Shown: positions 1 to 13,511 of the stretch, one piece after another
Position numbering within the stretch: the first letter of the stretch is position 1
Layout: each line of letters opens with the position of its first letter
Assembly (NCBI GenBank): GCA_965603825.1
Contig: CBFDEM010000063.1
Span: 496,227 to 560,226 of the forward strand
Direction of reading: 5' to 3'
DNA: 64,000 bases
Origin: Blepharisma stoltei ATCC 30299
Lineage: Eukaryota; Protista; Ciliophora
Notes under the pieces: model-generated
What the model saw: the letters and a program-made list of their open reading frames with translations, nothing else
The model's database searches: none
What the model was told of the DNA's origin: nothing
Made by a program: the position numbers and the translations under genes

Positions 1-375
1 AGAACATCTTACTCTTGTTGACTTTTCGTGCACCTGCTTAATATGGAAGCTCAATGCATTCTTATGCCTAAATGATCGACCACACTGGGTGCACTCTGAA
101 GTCTTTTCAAAATTATTGTGCAATCTCCCTATATGTTGATTTAGCCCCCGTTTTCCTTGAAAACTCATAGAGCAGCAAGTATAAGCCTTTTCATCTGAGT
201 CTTCTTCAGAGATATTAGGGATTTCAGAAATCTGAGGGGACGACAACAAGTTGCTCATGCAGATCATATTTAGGCAGGAGTAATAGAGCTGAGCCTGCGT
301 ATTCTCATTGAAATCAAGAAAATTCGATTGGTTTTCATTTTGGTTGCTTGAGGAGCTTGTAGGATCGGAGTCCAT
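1..375 (-). CDS. C2H2 zinc-finger protein (3' end runs off the window)
   Basis: Manual translation from ATG at 375: MDSDPT...YTCCSMSFQGKRGLNQHIGRLH...SECTQCGRSFRHKNALSFHIKQVHEKSTRVRCS. Canonical C-x2-C-x12-H-x4-H finger. Not in the ORF track because it has no stop in the window. Confidence 0.85.
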   Translation of the reverse strand, partial: MDSDPTSSSSNQNENQSNFLDFNENTQAQLYYSCLNMICMSNLLSSPQISEIPNISEEDSDEKAYTCCSMSFQGKRGLNQHIGRLHNNFEKTSECTQCGRSFRHKNALSFHIKQVHEKSTRVRCS

Positions 376-1001
376 AATTAGTGAATTATTTAATTATAGA
401 CAGCTTTAGATTATTAGATATTTTCATATTTTATGTTTATAATAGAGATTCAATGAATTTAGGTCGAGAGAAAAAATTGTTGGAAGACTAAAAGATTGGA
501 ATTGTGGTATATGATGCCTAAAATATGGCTGAAATTTGTACTTGAGCTTAAGTAAAAGGGCGTAAATTTAATTAATAATTGAATTTTAAGCTTAATAATG
601 AGCATAAACAGATTATAATCTACTTGAACGTTTTTTTGAATTTTAAATTCAAATCTCAGGAATTGTAAAATTTTGAAACCCAAAAATGATTGTCCTTATT
701 TAATTCTTGTCCTAAAATTTAATTTTAAATCCATAGATTCAATATGGTAACCATTTGTAGAGAATCTTAAATTTTTAGCCTTTAAACCAATCCATAAATA
801 TTCTCCATCACAGAAAAAGTTTATTTGGATTTTAATATTCGTAATTTATGTATAAAAATTAACTGAAATTCTATAATCAGATCAGCTCAAATTGAAAAAT
901 GTAATTAGTGCATAATCTTAATTCATATGCTTAATAAAATGATAATTTCTGAGGCTTTTACTAGACTTTAGCTTATATCATTATGATTTAATTAAGCTAA
1001 A

Positions 1002-1571
1002 ATGGAAAGACTGCAGCAAGATGTTGAAGACTTAAAGAAATCATATATAAAAGAAGCCTCTCCTCTATTAAAAAAATCTTATCAGCAGCTTGCAGAGCTT
1101 CACTCTAAAAAGCTGAGAATGCTTCCTCACGTATTAATAAACATTGTGACAAATAAGGCAAACCCGAAGAGAAAAAAAGAAAAAATAAGTTGTGCCTCAA
1201 GCAATTCCTCGTCTTTTTCAACATGTAAATCTCCTTCGAGCAGCAACAAATTATATGGGATAGCTTCCAACGAAAGTTACGATAATTTTAGTAAAGGAAA
1301 CTCAACCAAAAATTATCCACCAAAAAGATCGATAACATCTTTACAAAATTATGGGCTAGAAAATAATAAGCATACTATTTCATATGAAAACTCAGACAGT
1401 AGGCACATTATGCTTGAATTTACTCCAAATGTGTTTGCTGACACAAATGTGTCGATACCTGTTAGTCTTTCACCGCTACTTCCGAATAAATTCCAAAAGC
1501 AGGCTTATAGCAAAGATGTGAAGATTAAAGGAAGAAATGCCATAACTGGTAGGCCTGTTTTTAAAGTTTAA
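1002..1571 (+). CDS. hypothetical protein, Ser-rich
   Basis: 189-aa ATG..TAA ORF with AT-rich flanks; no recognisable motif. Confidence 0.65.
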   Translation: MERLQQDVEDLKKSYIKEASPLLKKSYQQLAELHSKKLRMLPHVLINIVTNKANPKRKKEKISCASSNSSSFSTCKSPSSSNKLYGIASNESYDNFSKGNSTKNYPPKRSITSLQNYGLENNKHTISYENSDSRHIMLEFTPNVFADTNVSIPVSLSPLLPNKFQKQAYSKDVKIKGRNAITGRPVFKV

Positions 1572-1681
1572 TAAGCCGAATATGTAATTATAAGTAAAGC
1601 TATTAATCTGTTTCAGTTATTTTTAGAGAAAATGGTTTCATGTTAGAATTTTGATATGAGAAAATGTAATAATTGACAGTT

Positions 1682-3118
1682 ATGGCTACGGAATATATAC
1701 AAGGCCTGATTTCAAATGCTAACTTTTCATCAGAAATTATTGATACAATAAAAGATTCCATGGAAGGGTTTATGGGAAGCTTTACAGATCAAATAAATGC
1801 CAATCCCAAATTATTAAGCGATATACGGCAAAGATTCAAAGCAAAGCAGCCTAAGCCTCCAGTTGAAGAGCCTCCTCATAAGCCTCCCGTTATAGACAAA
1901 GCAACCCGAGATTTGCAGCTCTTAGAACATCAGCTTAAAATTGATGTAAATAAAGAATTCACAAAAAAACTCAAAGAAGAACGCCTGGAGCGCGAACGCC
2001 GTATCAAAGAAAGAGAAGAAAAACAAACCAAAAAACTCCTCGACGAAATCGAAGAAAAGAATAAAGAACGTGAGGACTACTATTTACAGCAAGAGCTTGA
2101 AAAACAAAAAAGAATTGAAGAGCTTAAACAAAGAGCAGAAGAGCGCAAAAAAGACATAGAGACCCGAAAAGAAATCGGACAAAAAGAATATCAAAAAGTC
2201 GTCAGCAATAAGCCTCTATTTAAACAAATGGAAGACAAATTTAACCAACAAGTCCTAATGCCGGAGCTTGAAAAGAAAAAAGCTGAGCTCGCTAAAAAAA
2301 GAATGCTGTTTCAGCCTATTAACCCACAAGAAATATATGAGCATTCTAAGAAAATCAATGAAATAAGGAAAGAACAAGAGCAAAGACGTCAAAAAGAACT
2401 AGTCCAGCGTTCTTTAGAAGAACAGGTAAACTTTTTATCCCCAAATTTACAGTCACATTTTACAGAAGCCATTATGGAAGAAGAAAGAAGAAAACGAGAA
2501 GAAGCTGAAAAGGTAAAAGAAGACGTTATAAATAGAAAACTAAAAATGATGCAGTATGCTGATTTAGTCAAAGAGATGTTTCAGCCTAGCGTTGATAAAA
2601 GTAAACAAACTGAGCTTGAAGAAAGGATTGAAAAAATCAAGACAAAACCGAGAAAAATGGTAAATAAAACCAGCGTAAAAAGCTGGTCTGGGAGGGAATC
2701 AGGAAATGAAAATGAAGAAACTGGCTCAGAAGGGGCCATTTCTAAGCCGAAAAAATGGAAAAGAAAGCCACTAGATTTACCACCTGGGAAACCGCCTAAA
2801 AAAGAGTTTATTAAAATTGACTATTTGGCAGAAATGAGGAAGGAAAAAGATGGCAAAGACCCATTGCCTTCAAGAGCTGTAAATTTAAACTGGGAACATG
2901 AGCTTGAAGACGAAAATTTAACACCTGAAGAAAAAGCTAATAGAATTAGACATAAAGCAGAATTAATGGAAAAGAAAGCAAGGATACAGGAATTTAATAT
3001 TGGGAAAATGAATATCCAAAACCATCAAGGCATTGAAGCAACTGAGCAGGTTAACGATATGATTATTGGGTCTATTAAAGCGAAACTTGCATTACTACAA
3101 CAAGTTACTGGTAAATAA
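1682..3118 (+). CDS. charged coiled-coil protein
   Basis: Long E/K/R-rich ORF; first ATG at 1682, TAA at 3116-3118. Confidence 0.8.
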   Translation: MATEYIQGLISNANFSSEIIDTIKDSMEGFMGSFTDQINANPKLLSDIRQRFKAKQPKPPVEEPPHKPPVIDKATRDLQLLEHQLKIDVNKEFTKKLKEERLERERRIKEREEKQTKKLLDEIEEKNKEREDYYLQQELEKQKRIEELKQRAEERKKDIETRKEIGQKEYQKVVSNKPLFKQMEDKFNQQVLMPELEKKKAELAKKRMLFQPINPQEIYEHSKKINEIRKEQEQRRQKELVQRSLEEQVNFLSPNLQSHFTEAIMEEERRKREEAEKVKEDVINRKLKMMQYADLVKEMFQPSVDKSKQTELEERIEKIKTKPRKMVNKTSVKSWSGRESGNENEETGSEGAISKPKKWKRKPLDLPPGKPPKKEFIKIDYLAEMRKEKDGKDPLPSRAVNLNWEHELEDENLTPEEKANRIRHKAELMEKKARIQEFNIGKMNIQNHQGIEATEQVNDMIIGSIKAKLALLQQVTGK

Positions 3119-3138
3119 TTTTAAGCTGAATAATTATT

Positions 3139-3735
3139 TTATCTTTTTCTTTGATGTCCTAATGCAAAATTATAAAGATTTGCTGATATAATGTAATTTT
3201 TTTGTTCGGAAAGTATCAGTAGATTTTCAAGCAAATTTTCAGTAGGAACTAACTCAACTGTTATAAGCTCTTCGTTTTCTAGGTCTTGATGTGGATTTCT
3301 GTTTTCTTCTGAATCTGGATTAACTCGTATATAAACAAATCTTGTACTTTCTGTGCTTTTTCAAGGGTCAAGATTGATAACTGGCCCTATATGAATTATG
3401 TCTTCTTCGTGCGCCGTATATCCAGTCTCTTCTTTAAGCTCTCTTAGGGCAGTGATTGCAGCTGAAGAATCACTCGAGTCTACAAGGCCTGATGGGAATT
3501 CAAGCACGTATCTGTCTACAGGGACTCGGTAGCAAGCAATCAAAATTAATTTGTTTATGTCATTTTCCATTATGGTAGCCAAAACATCGACACAGTCGAA
3601 ATTTAGATTTGGGTTGGATATATTTCTGGACACATAATATCAAATAGTCTCTTTGCTGTTTCTTTTTCGAATCTTTACTTCATGCATTTTGATTCACCTG
3701 CCTTGATGCACGATTTCAGCTTCTCTTGATATCAT
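3139..3735 (-). CDS. Nudix hydrolase, ADP-ribose pyrophosphatase (NUDT5-like), 198 aa with 3 UGA-Trp
   Basis: Nudix box EFPSGLVD...ALRELKEETGY. Reading TGA as W gives MISREAEIVHQGRWIKMHEV...TIWYYVSR and DPWKSTE; the first two W match the conserved GKW and TWE of NUDT5. Stop TAA 3139-3141. Confidence 0.9.
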
Positions 3736-3914
3736 TTTTTATATTAATATTTTGCCTTTACTTCCATGGGTTTACAATTTATTTCATGCATTTCGTTAAT
3801 TCTATACAAAAAATACACTTTATTTACGATTTTGAGCGTAAATTGAACTCTATATTTATACAGAAATCCCTTAATATCACAGCATAATCTTAAATGAAAG
3901 CTAAGTTAGTTAGA

Positions 3915-4949
<1,035 letters not shown>

Positions 4950-5709
4950 TTATTATTAGCCACGATTAAAATTAACACTAATGTGGGTTAATATGAAAAG
5001 ATATTGCAAAAAGGATGATAGATATTATTGGAGGAGGAAAGGAGAAAGATATTTTGGGGAAGGCTGATGGAAGGATGGGATTTTGGGGTTTTAAGGGAAA
5101 TTAAGAGGGATTTCTGTGACAGGAAAATTGGCAGGGAAAACAGGGAAGTTTGAGGATTTTGAGGGGATGGAGAGATATTAGAATTCTAAGAAATTTTTAT
5201 AAGAGAAATTACTCAATTACAAGGAAATTGCATACATTTTTATTCTGAGAGATCAGATTCTGTAAAGATGGTCGCGACCAGCATTTAAGATTATTTCAAT
5301 ATTCCAAAAAAATTTATTTTTATAATTATTTATTAAAATTTAATTATTTTAATAAATCCTTCTTTAAATCGCATAATGCATAATGCTTTATCTTAAAGTG
5401 AGCTTTATTTTAAAAATAAAATAATTAAGCATTTATGCTTATTTATGCTAAAGTAAAGCCAAAAAACTCATTATTTATTTATAGATACTTCCCTAATTTA
5501 TCTTTAAGTTAATATTTTAACATATTTTTGAATTTCACACACTGAATTTATCATTAATTTCATAAAAGACTATAAAGATTATTGAATTAATTAAAAGCTT
5601 CACGGTGATAATCATTGGTAATTCATATTATAGTTAATTAAGTTGTATTAATTGAATGCTTATTCTAAATTGCCTAATTTAAATTAATACAAAGGTGATG
5701 TCTTGCAAT

Positions 5710-5960
5710 TTATATAAAATCTCTGATAATTTTCTCTCCTCTATCTAGTTTAACTCCAAACTGCTTATAAATAAAATTGCATACCTTCTTATTCCTAGCA
5801 TTTTTTACAATTTTTAGCATATTTGAATTCCTTTTATCCTGCTGTGTCAAATGCACCCCATTTATTACCAAATATTCAATAACTCTTAAAGCCCAAGGTT
5901 TGACTATCTTATCAGCAAATTTCTTCTTTATCTCAATTTCATGCAGCAGCTTCTGTCAGG
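5710..5960 (-). pseudogene. possible degenerate ankyrin-repeat fragment
   Basis: Frame reads ...ALRVIEYLVINGVHLTQQDKRNSNMLKIV..., resembling the ankyrin consensus vveyLl.nGad.n.kD. No in-frame ATG before an upstream TAA. Confidence 0.3.
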
Positions 5961-6567
5961 ATTTTCAAATTTAGCTTGATGGCTAGCGCGACTGTGATTT
6001 CCCCAAATTTATATTGAATAATTGCATCAATTCCTAACAAAAGACATATTTTATTTTTAAAAAATTAGAAGTATTTAGGTAAAAAAGGATATTTAAATGC
6101 TTTCTCATATTTTGAAATAAGTATTTGTAAGAAATAAAATTAACCTGAGTTGAAGATTGAGTCAAGTAGCTACTGATAAAGACTAGAAGAGATTCAAATA
6201 AATGGCAAAGAAATAATTTTTAGTCAATAGAAGTTATTTAATTTAACTGGCTGATATTATTACCACTCAAAATCTTATATTTTATTGAATTACTGTAGTA
6301 ATTTATTTTATTTATGCTGAGAAGATTCCTAGAATAAAACCAAAATTCTAATTAAATTACTAAAGCTATAATACTTTATTCTAGAAAACCGCAAATTTTA
6401 ATAAAGTCTATTAAATCGCATTAAAAATTACTAGAACCTCTCTCACTATTTCGCCTCAATATGCCTAGCAGCAATTCCAATAAAAAATCCTAAATTTCTA
6501 TTTCTTCATATTTCAAAATCCATTCTGAAAACCTAATTTTCATTTCATTATCATATAATAAAAAGGG

Positions 6568-7320
6568 ATGGAGGACTTAACTTATAAAGCCAAGCTCGCA
6601 GAACAGGCTGAGAGATACGACGACATGATTAACATCATGAAAAACGTTATCCGCCAGGCCACTGAACTCAATGTTGACCAAAGAAACCTCCTCAGCGTCG
6701 GCTATAAAAATATTGTAGGTGTTCGAAGAACTGCATGGCGAACCATCTCTGCACTGGAGGCCAAAGAAGAATCGCGCTCAAACGCAAAAAGAGTAGAACT
6801 AGCCCGCGCTTATCGTCTGAAAATCGAAGAAGAACTCAACAGAGTTTGCCAGGAAATTCTTGACCTAATCACTGAAATTCTCAGTAAAAAGGTAAATTCT
6901 AATGAATCTAGAGTGTTCTTTTTGAAGATGCAAGGAGACTATTACAGGTACATGGCAGAATATCAGACCTCAGAAGTAAATAAAGCAAGATATGGAAATG
7001 TTGCCGCCGAAAATGCAGCAAGGGTATATCAGGAAGCTACAGACCTGGCAAGCACTGAGCTCCCACCTACCCACCCAATTAGATTAGGCCTAGCTTTGAA
7101 TTACTCAGTATTTTTTTATGAAGTAAAAGAGCAGCCTAGTGAAGCTTGCAATATGGCAAGAAACGCCTTTGATCAAGCTATTGCAGAGCTTGATAACTTA
7201 GACGAAGACCAATACAAGGACAGCACCACCATTATGCAGCTGATCAGAGATAATTTGACACTTTGGACGTCAGAAATGCAGGAAGAGCCAAAAGACTCAG
7301 CTCAAGTAGAAGATCTTTAA
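6568..7320 (+). CDS. 14-3-3 protein
   Basis: AKLAEQAERY, RNLLSVGYKN, PTHPIRLGLALNYSVF, YKDSTTIMQLIRDNLTLWTS. Confidence 0.99.
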   Translation: MEDLTYKAKLAEQAERYDDMINIMKNVIRQATELNVDQRNLLSVGYKNIVGVRRTAWRTISALEAKEESRSNAKRVELARAYRLKIEEELNRVCQEILDLITEILSKKVNSNESRVFFLKMQGDYYRYMAEYQTSEVNKARYGNVAAENAARVYQEATDLASTELPPTHPIRLGLALNYSVFFYEVKEQPSEACNMARNAFDQAIAELDNLDEDQYKDSTTIMQLIRDNLTLWTSEMQEEPKDSAQVEDL

Positions 7321-8372
7321 GAAATTTAATAGAGGATTTTAAATGGAATCTAGAAATTTAATTTTGAGGGATGTTTATGAGGAAAGATATATCTTTTTAT
7401 ATTTCAGTTAAAATATATTTAGAGTTTAATATTTTTCTCAATAAAAAATCCAATTAAAGTTTGATTCATCTTTAATGAATAATTTTAGATAGTGTGCTAT
7501 GATGAATAATCCTTTATAACTATGAAAATAATAAGAATAAGAGATCTTAAGTATAGAAAAAAGCAATTTCTATTATAAATATTATAAATCTTAAATAAAA
7601 TCAAATGAAGATAATTATGAAAAACTTTGTAAATAAATTTAATATTGGTAGAATAATAAAAAATAACCAATTCTAGTGCTTTTTTTGAGAGCACAAATTC
7701 TTAATTAAAAAATATCCAGTTATAATCGCATTACAAGCATTAAAAATAGGATACTGATATATCGAAAATGGATGATTTATATGGATAAATTCAAAAAAAT
7801 TCTGGCAGCTAACATAAATAAATGGGTTTGTGTTTTCCTAAATCAACGACTCTGCGAAACGCAGAAGCCGTCGAAATAAAGCAGTCATGCAAATTTTCAT
7901 ATAAGGCAGAGCAAAATATATGAAAATCCAAAGCATTAAATGCTCCGAAACTTACTCTTGATAGTAATAGACTATATAAGAGAAGGCTACTGCAAATGGA
8001 AAGAAATGCACAAGCTTTATATATAGCTTGTGATAACTCAACGATTAATTCAACTTCCACGCAGATCGGAGAAGCAAATTAAGGAAAATGACATGCTAAT
8101 AATTAATAGTATTTTTTATGTAACATAACAGAATACCCCCATTAAATGCAAAATAAAGGTGAAATGGCGCTTTATGTCACATACAATGTTTTTAAAAATA
8201 TATATAGTTAATTAGATGCATGTTAGTGATCAATTCTGCTGCCTCCATTTACAATATATTTTGTTAAAAATCCTTAAAAATGGCAACTTTAACAATTTTC
8301 TTAATTCACAAAAAAATTAAGGTTTAATTTCACAACTCAAATTGCCAAAAGGCTATAAAATTTATTTAGTAG

Positions 8373-8648
8373 TTAGGCACTTTTAAAAAGGAGAATTCCA
8401 ATTGGGCCTATATAAAAATAAATATAATTTCGCGCCTCAAATGTCACATGAGCTCCGAAGTGTCTTCCCACAATGCAATGCCAGTGTGGCTGATACCTAT
8501 CTTCAAATATTTTCTTAATATGCGAAGCAATTTCTTTTTCCGTGCTTTTACCTGAAATTGCATTAATTGCTGTTTCTATAGCAAAATCTTTCATTTCCGG
8601 CTCCATTTCATCAATCTTAACAACAGCACTTAGATTTCCTAAGCTCAT
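8373..8648 (-). CDS. dynein light chain type 1 (LC8 family)
   Basis: EKEIASHIKK.F...Y...WHCIVGRHFGAHVT...ILLFKS. Confidence 0.95.
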   Translation of the reverse strand: MSLGNLSAVVKIDEMEPEMKDFAIETAINAISGKSTEKEIASHIKKIFEDRYQPHWHCIVGRHFGAHVTFEARNYIYFYIGPIGILLFKSA

Positions 8649-8710
8649 TTTTATTTATTCTTATAGCTGTCCAATAATTTTTCAAAAATTATTAAAAATA
8701 CATATAAATT

Positions 8711-9517
8711 ATGAATTATTTAGATGAAAATCTAGAAAACCTGGACACTTGTCCAGTGATATTAAGATTTCAAGAAAGAACCACCAAAATCATAATCACA
8801 AACTTACAAACTTTTTCCTCAAAAGAGCACAAATTAGAAATCCCTGAAGCAATGGGAATTTGGAGCGCAATGTGCTTAATTCCTGGGAATTCTCATTTTT
8901 GCTACGGAAATTATTATAATAAAGCATGCACAGGGACAGCTTTTATCATTTCTGAAAATAAAAAAATTAGGAGGATTCCGTCAGGGTTTCCTTGCAATGG
9001 TGCAGGGACTATTTATTTCCAAGGGAGTGTGTATTCTTTTGGAGGGTATAATATGATGCCTTTAAGAATTGTTCAGATATTTAGCTTGGCAGAAAATAGA
9101 TGAAGATTGGCAGCGCCGTTGCCGAGTCCTCCTGAATCTTTGGCTTGTGCAGTTTTCAGATATGTGATTTTGCTGTCTGGGGATAATTTTAGCACTGTTT
9201 ATCTTTATGATCCTTTTATTGACTGCTATTCAGATCTCCAGCTCTCTCTGAACTCATTTGTGCCGAAAATGGTTATTGCTGCAGGTGAAAGAGCTTATGT
9301 AATTGATGGAAAAATATATGAAAGTGAAATCAATAATCCATATAAATGGGAAGAAATAGGAGATATAATGCTTTCTTGGAACTCTTTACTGTCTTATAAA
9401 GTCAGATGAAAAAATGCTGTTTATTTTCATCATCGATATCAGCTATATGAATTTGATTTAACACAGAAAACACTAAAAAGGATAAAACATGATGTAAGAT
9501 TCAGAGAAGAAGTTTAG
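8711..9517 (+). CDS. Kelch-like beta-propeller protein (2 UGA-Trp)
   Basis: ORFs 8711-9103 and 9107-9409 join through TGA=W (ENRWRLAAPLP) and continue to TAG 9515-9517. VYSFGGY Kelch blade motif; same family as the subtelomeric Kelch genes. Confidence 0.85.
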
Positions 9518-9897
9518 AGATATAAAAAAAATAGATTTTATTTCATATTAAAATTAAACTAAATAAAATATATTGGGAAATAATTTTTGGTATTAACTAT
9601 AGCATTTAAAAAATGCTGATGCAAAAGAAAATATTAAAATGCTATTAATAAAATGAAGATTTATTATGCTTTCTTTGAGTAGCAGAACATAATTTGTGAT
9701 AAAATTTATTGAGATTCAAATTGAGGGTAAGTCTTATTAAAAGAAAATATGATTGTAATTTCCTATTGATAGCTTGCGTATATGTGTTTCATCAGGATAA
9801 TTACAAGAGTTTTTTTTACGCAAGATATTGGATTTCATATCTTTTTATAAAGAAAACTGAAAAATTGAGTATCTATTTATTAAATTTATATAAAATA

Positions 9898-12800
9898 ATG
9901 TCCGACTCTCCAGATTTAGACTTACAAAATCCACTCCGAAGGTCTTATAAAACACTAGATGAAGCAGTTGACAAAAAACAAAGGAAAAAAGCATACTCCG
10001 ATCACTTTACCGCAGTCTATAACATCTTTTTCCAAGCTTTGCCTGACCAATTAAAAGCCTCTTCCAAAGGGTGTGTTTTTGCCATTTCAGATAACGAAGA
10101 AACCCTCATTTCTGGGAACTCCTATGGGAACATCAGCATAATTAACAGAAAATCCAAAGAAATTCTATACGAAAAACTTGCATTTTCCAGTAAAGTACTA
10201 AAACTATTAGTGGAAAACGGCCATCTTTGTTGCATTGTGGCAGGGTTAAATTCTATTTTCATTTTAGACAAAAATACATTAGAAAGTGAGCTGTCCCTTG
10301 AAGGCCACTCAGGTCAGGTTACAGACATAATTATCCATCAAAAAAAATTATATTCCACAGGTGAAGATTTTACATTAAGGGCTTGGGACACCACAAATTG
10401 GTCCTCCCTTAAAACTCTTTTCCAAATGGACTGCAAAGGGAATTCTTTAGATATCAGTTCTGATGGAAAATTTTTGGCATGTGGAAACAGCTCAAAATCA
10501 ATAATTCTATATGAATTTGAAAAAAATGAAACTTTTTCTTTACAAAGTGACATTAATCAAGAAATTTATGCAGTGAAATTTGCTGAAAACTTTAAATATT
10601 TAGCAAGTGCTGGAAATGCAGGAAAAATTGAAATCTGGAATACTGGGTTTTGGGATCTGAAATTCTATATAGATATAGAATGTATAGGGTCAAGTTTGAA
10701 ATTTATTCGGAATGACGAGTTTATTATAGCTGGATGCTCAGACGGTTTCGTAAAATGTTGGAGGCTATTTGATCAAAAATTATTTTCATTAGAAAATCAT
10801 AAAGGGGCAATAACTTCTTTTTATGTCTCGAAAAGTGAAAAATATATAATTTCTTCAGCTGAAGATAGGGTATTTTTGACCTCAAAAATCCCTGATCTCC
10901 AAGAAGAAGTTCTCCATGGGCATAAAGGAACGATAAATTATGTTTTCTATAGCAAAGAAAATGATTTAATTATTTCAGCGCAGAGTAATGGGATTGTCAT
11001 TTTTTGGAACTCAGTTAAAAAAACAATGGTAAAAGAAGTGGATTACAATTGTAATTTTACCTTAATAATTATGTGCCCAGATGAGACTTGCTTGGTTTGT
11101 GCGACTGATGATTGCCGAGTTTTTATTATTAATCTTGATTCATATGAGATTGATAATATGACTATTAGAGAAAAATATGAAATTTCAGCTATGAAAATCA
11201 CTCCAAATAGCGAAATCTTGATAATAGGAAATGTTTTAGGGCAGCTGAAACTTATTAATTTCAATGATTTATCTGAAATTAGAATCATAAAAAAGATGAG
11301 TTTAGGAATTACGAGTATTGATAGTGACAATAAATTTTTCTATGCTGGGAGCTTAGATGGGAAAGTTTTAATGGAAAATTTAGAAGATGAAAATGATGTT
11401 TACGTTTTTCCAGGAAAATCTCAAATCACTTGCTTATCACTTTCTCCATGCCGCAAAAGGCTATATGCAGGCTCAGGCAATAACTTAAACATTTGGAGTA
11501 CAAAAACCAAAGAAAAGTTGATGCTTATTGAAATGGGAGCTGAAGTAAAGAATATTTACTTCAAATATCTAGACTATTTTATGACATTCAGTAGCGATTC
11601 TATGGTAAAAATTTGGAGCCAAAGAGACTATACATTGATTTCCAGCATGCCATTAAACAGTAATACAAAAGGCCTAATTTTATTGCCAAAAGAAAAATAC
11701 ATGATCACAACCCAAAACAACCATTTATTGATGCATAATAACCCTTGGTCCTCTAACTCTATATCAACAATAGGTGATGAAAAACACAAGCCAGAATTTA
11801 TGAAATACCTCGTCAGCATTACTGAGCAAACCTCGAAAACCCACAAATCGGAAATGGACTCCTATTTAATTGCTCCGTATTTTATAAATGCGCTTCATTT
11901 TTATGCATATTATAATATGAAAGACCATCTTTTAGAAGCTTTAAATTATGGGTCTCCATTATTTATGTCAAAATATGGGTATTCACCATTGACGATTTCA
12001 TTAGACCTTATGCATGATGATTGCACGATTATTATACTTAATCATATAAAAAAAGCTTTGAGGGAGAATATTCATACAGGATACCTATTGGAAAATGCGC
12101 TATTGGAAATAAATTTGAGAGGGTTCAACAATATTAATAAACTTTATGACTCAATGCTTACTGCAAGCAGCTATAAAAATCTGCCGAAGTTTTGTAATGC
12201 TTATAGTAAGCTTCCTGCTGTCATTCATTCTAAATATATAGAAGTTTCCCCAAATAAATTCCCAATAAGTTACAAAAATAAAGACATTTCAATTATTTTC
12301 CAACAGTCCACTACAAGATTTTCACTAGAAAACGGGTCAGTAGAAAGCATGAATTTTATATCAAGTTTAATCAAAAGTCCAAATAACCGAGTTTTTACCT
12401 CAGAAGTAGTGAAGTATATTTTACACGAAAAATGAAGAGTTGTCAGATGGAGCCTATATCTTCATGCTTTGATTTATATCCACTATTTAGCACTTTTAAG
12501 CACTTATGCGGTTGGTTTTCAAAATGATGTATTTTTCGCCTCACTAATTCTAACAGCAAACTTCATTTTGATTTTGCCTGAAATTTATAAAATTCTTACT
12601 ACAGGGATTAGCTATTGGCTTTCAGTTATGAATAATGTTGATGTGTGGAGGTTTATAATGTGCACTTTGTACTGCTCATTTGTGTTTAAAGATATTCATG
12701 AAGAATATAAACGAAGCTGGCTGATCTTTTTAGTTTTATTTTCCTGGATAAGAGGGATAGGATTATTTGCGTTATTCGAACAAACAAGATTTTTGGTTAA

Positions 12801-13446
12801 TATGATTAAGACCGTTATTATAGAAATGCTAGCGTTTTTCGTGGTTTTGGCATACTCGACGCTTGCTTTTGCGTTTTTTGAGCATGCGATAGAAGACTCA
12901 GACACTTCTGATGAATTTTTTGATTATTTATTGGCTTCTTATATGTTTACGCTAGGTGATTTTGGAGATGGGGATTACTCTGATACAGAATGGATCATTG
13001 TTATTCTAGTTTCAATTCTCAACTCTATGATTTTGCTTAATTTCTTAATCTCAATTATTTTCAACACCTTTGGGAAAGTCCAAGAAGAAAAAGACGCAGT
13101 TAGCCAACGAGAGCTCGCTAAAATTATCCTAGAAGGTGAATCCATACAATTTTGGAAGCGAAAAAGTAAGCCAAAATATCTACAAGTCTGCAAGTCAAAT
13201 TTTGGAGATATTGATGGAGAATCAGATAAATTAAAAAAATATAGAAAAGAAATAATAGACGCAGTAAAAGAGACTAGTGAAGAAATAAAAAACTCAAAAG
13301 GAGAAATTATTGAATATGTAGAAAGGAGCAAAATTAATAGTGAAAATGATCTGCAAAAGAATTTTGAAATGTTGGAAAAAAGACTGATGGAAAATATGGA
13401 GAAAAAATTCGGGGAAATAATGGAAAGGATTGAGAAAAAAGGGTAA
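9898..13446 (+). CDS. WD40-repeat protein with C-terminal TRP-like 6TM ion-channel domain (~1182 aa)
   Basis: Many GH...WD/WN repeats. TGA 12433-12435 gives ILHEKW, the pre-S1 L..KW motif. Followed by N..D (S3), WIRGIGLF (S4), pore FTLGDF, LLNFLISIIFNTF (S6) and a C-terminal coiled coil. Confidence 0.88.
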
Positions 13447-13511
13447 TTAATAAAAACACATTTTTAATTAAAAATTCTAAAATCTATCATATTTTAGTTT
13501 AGAAATTTCAA

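Noticed and set aside
7497-8060. Short ORFs between 14-3-3 and LC8
   Set aside because: Non-ATG starts, low complexity, no motifs.
9709-9897. N-terminal extension of the WD40-channel ORF from a TTG start
   Set aside because: AT-rich intergenic-like sequence; the first ATG at 9898 is the plausible eukaryotic start.
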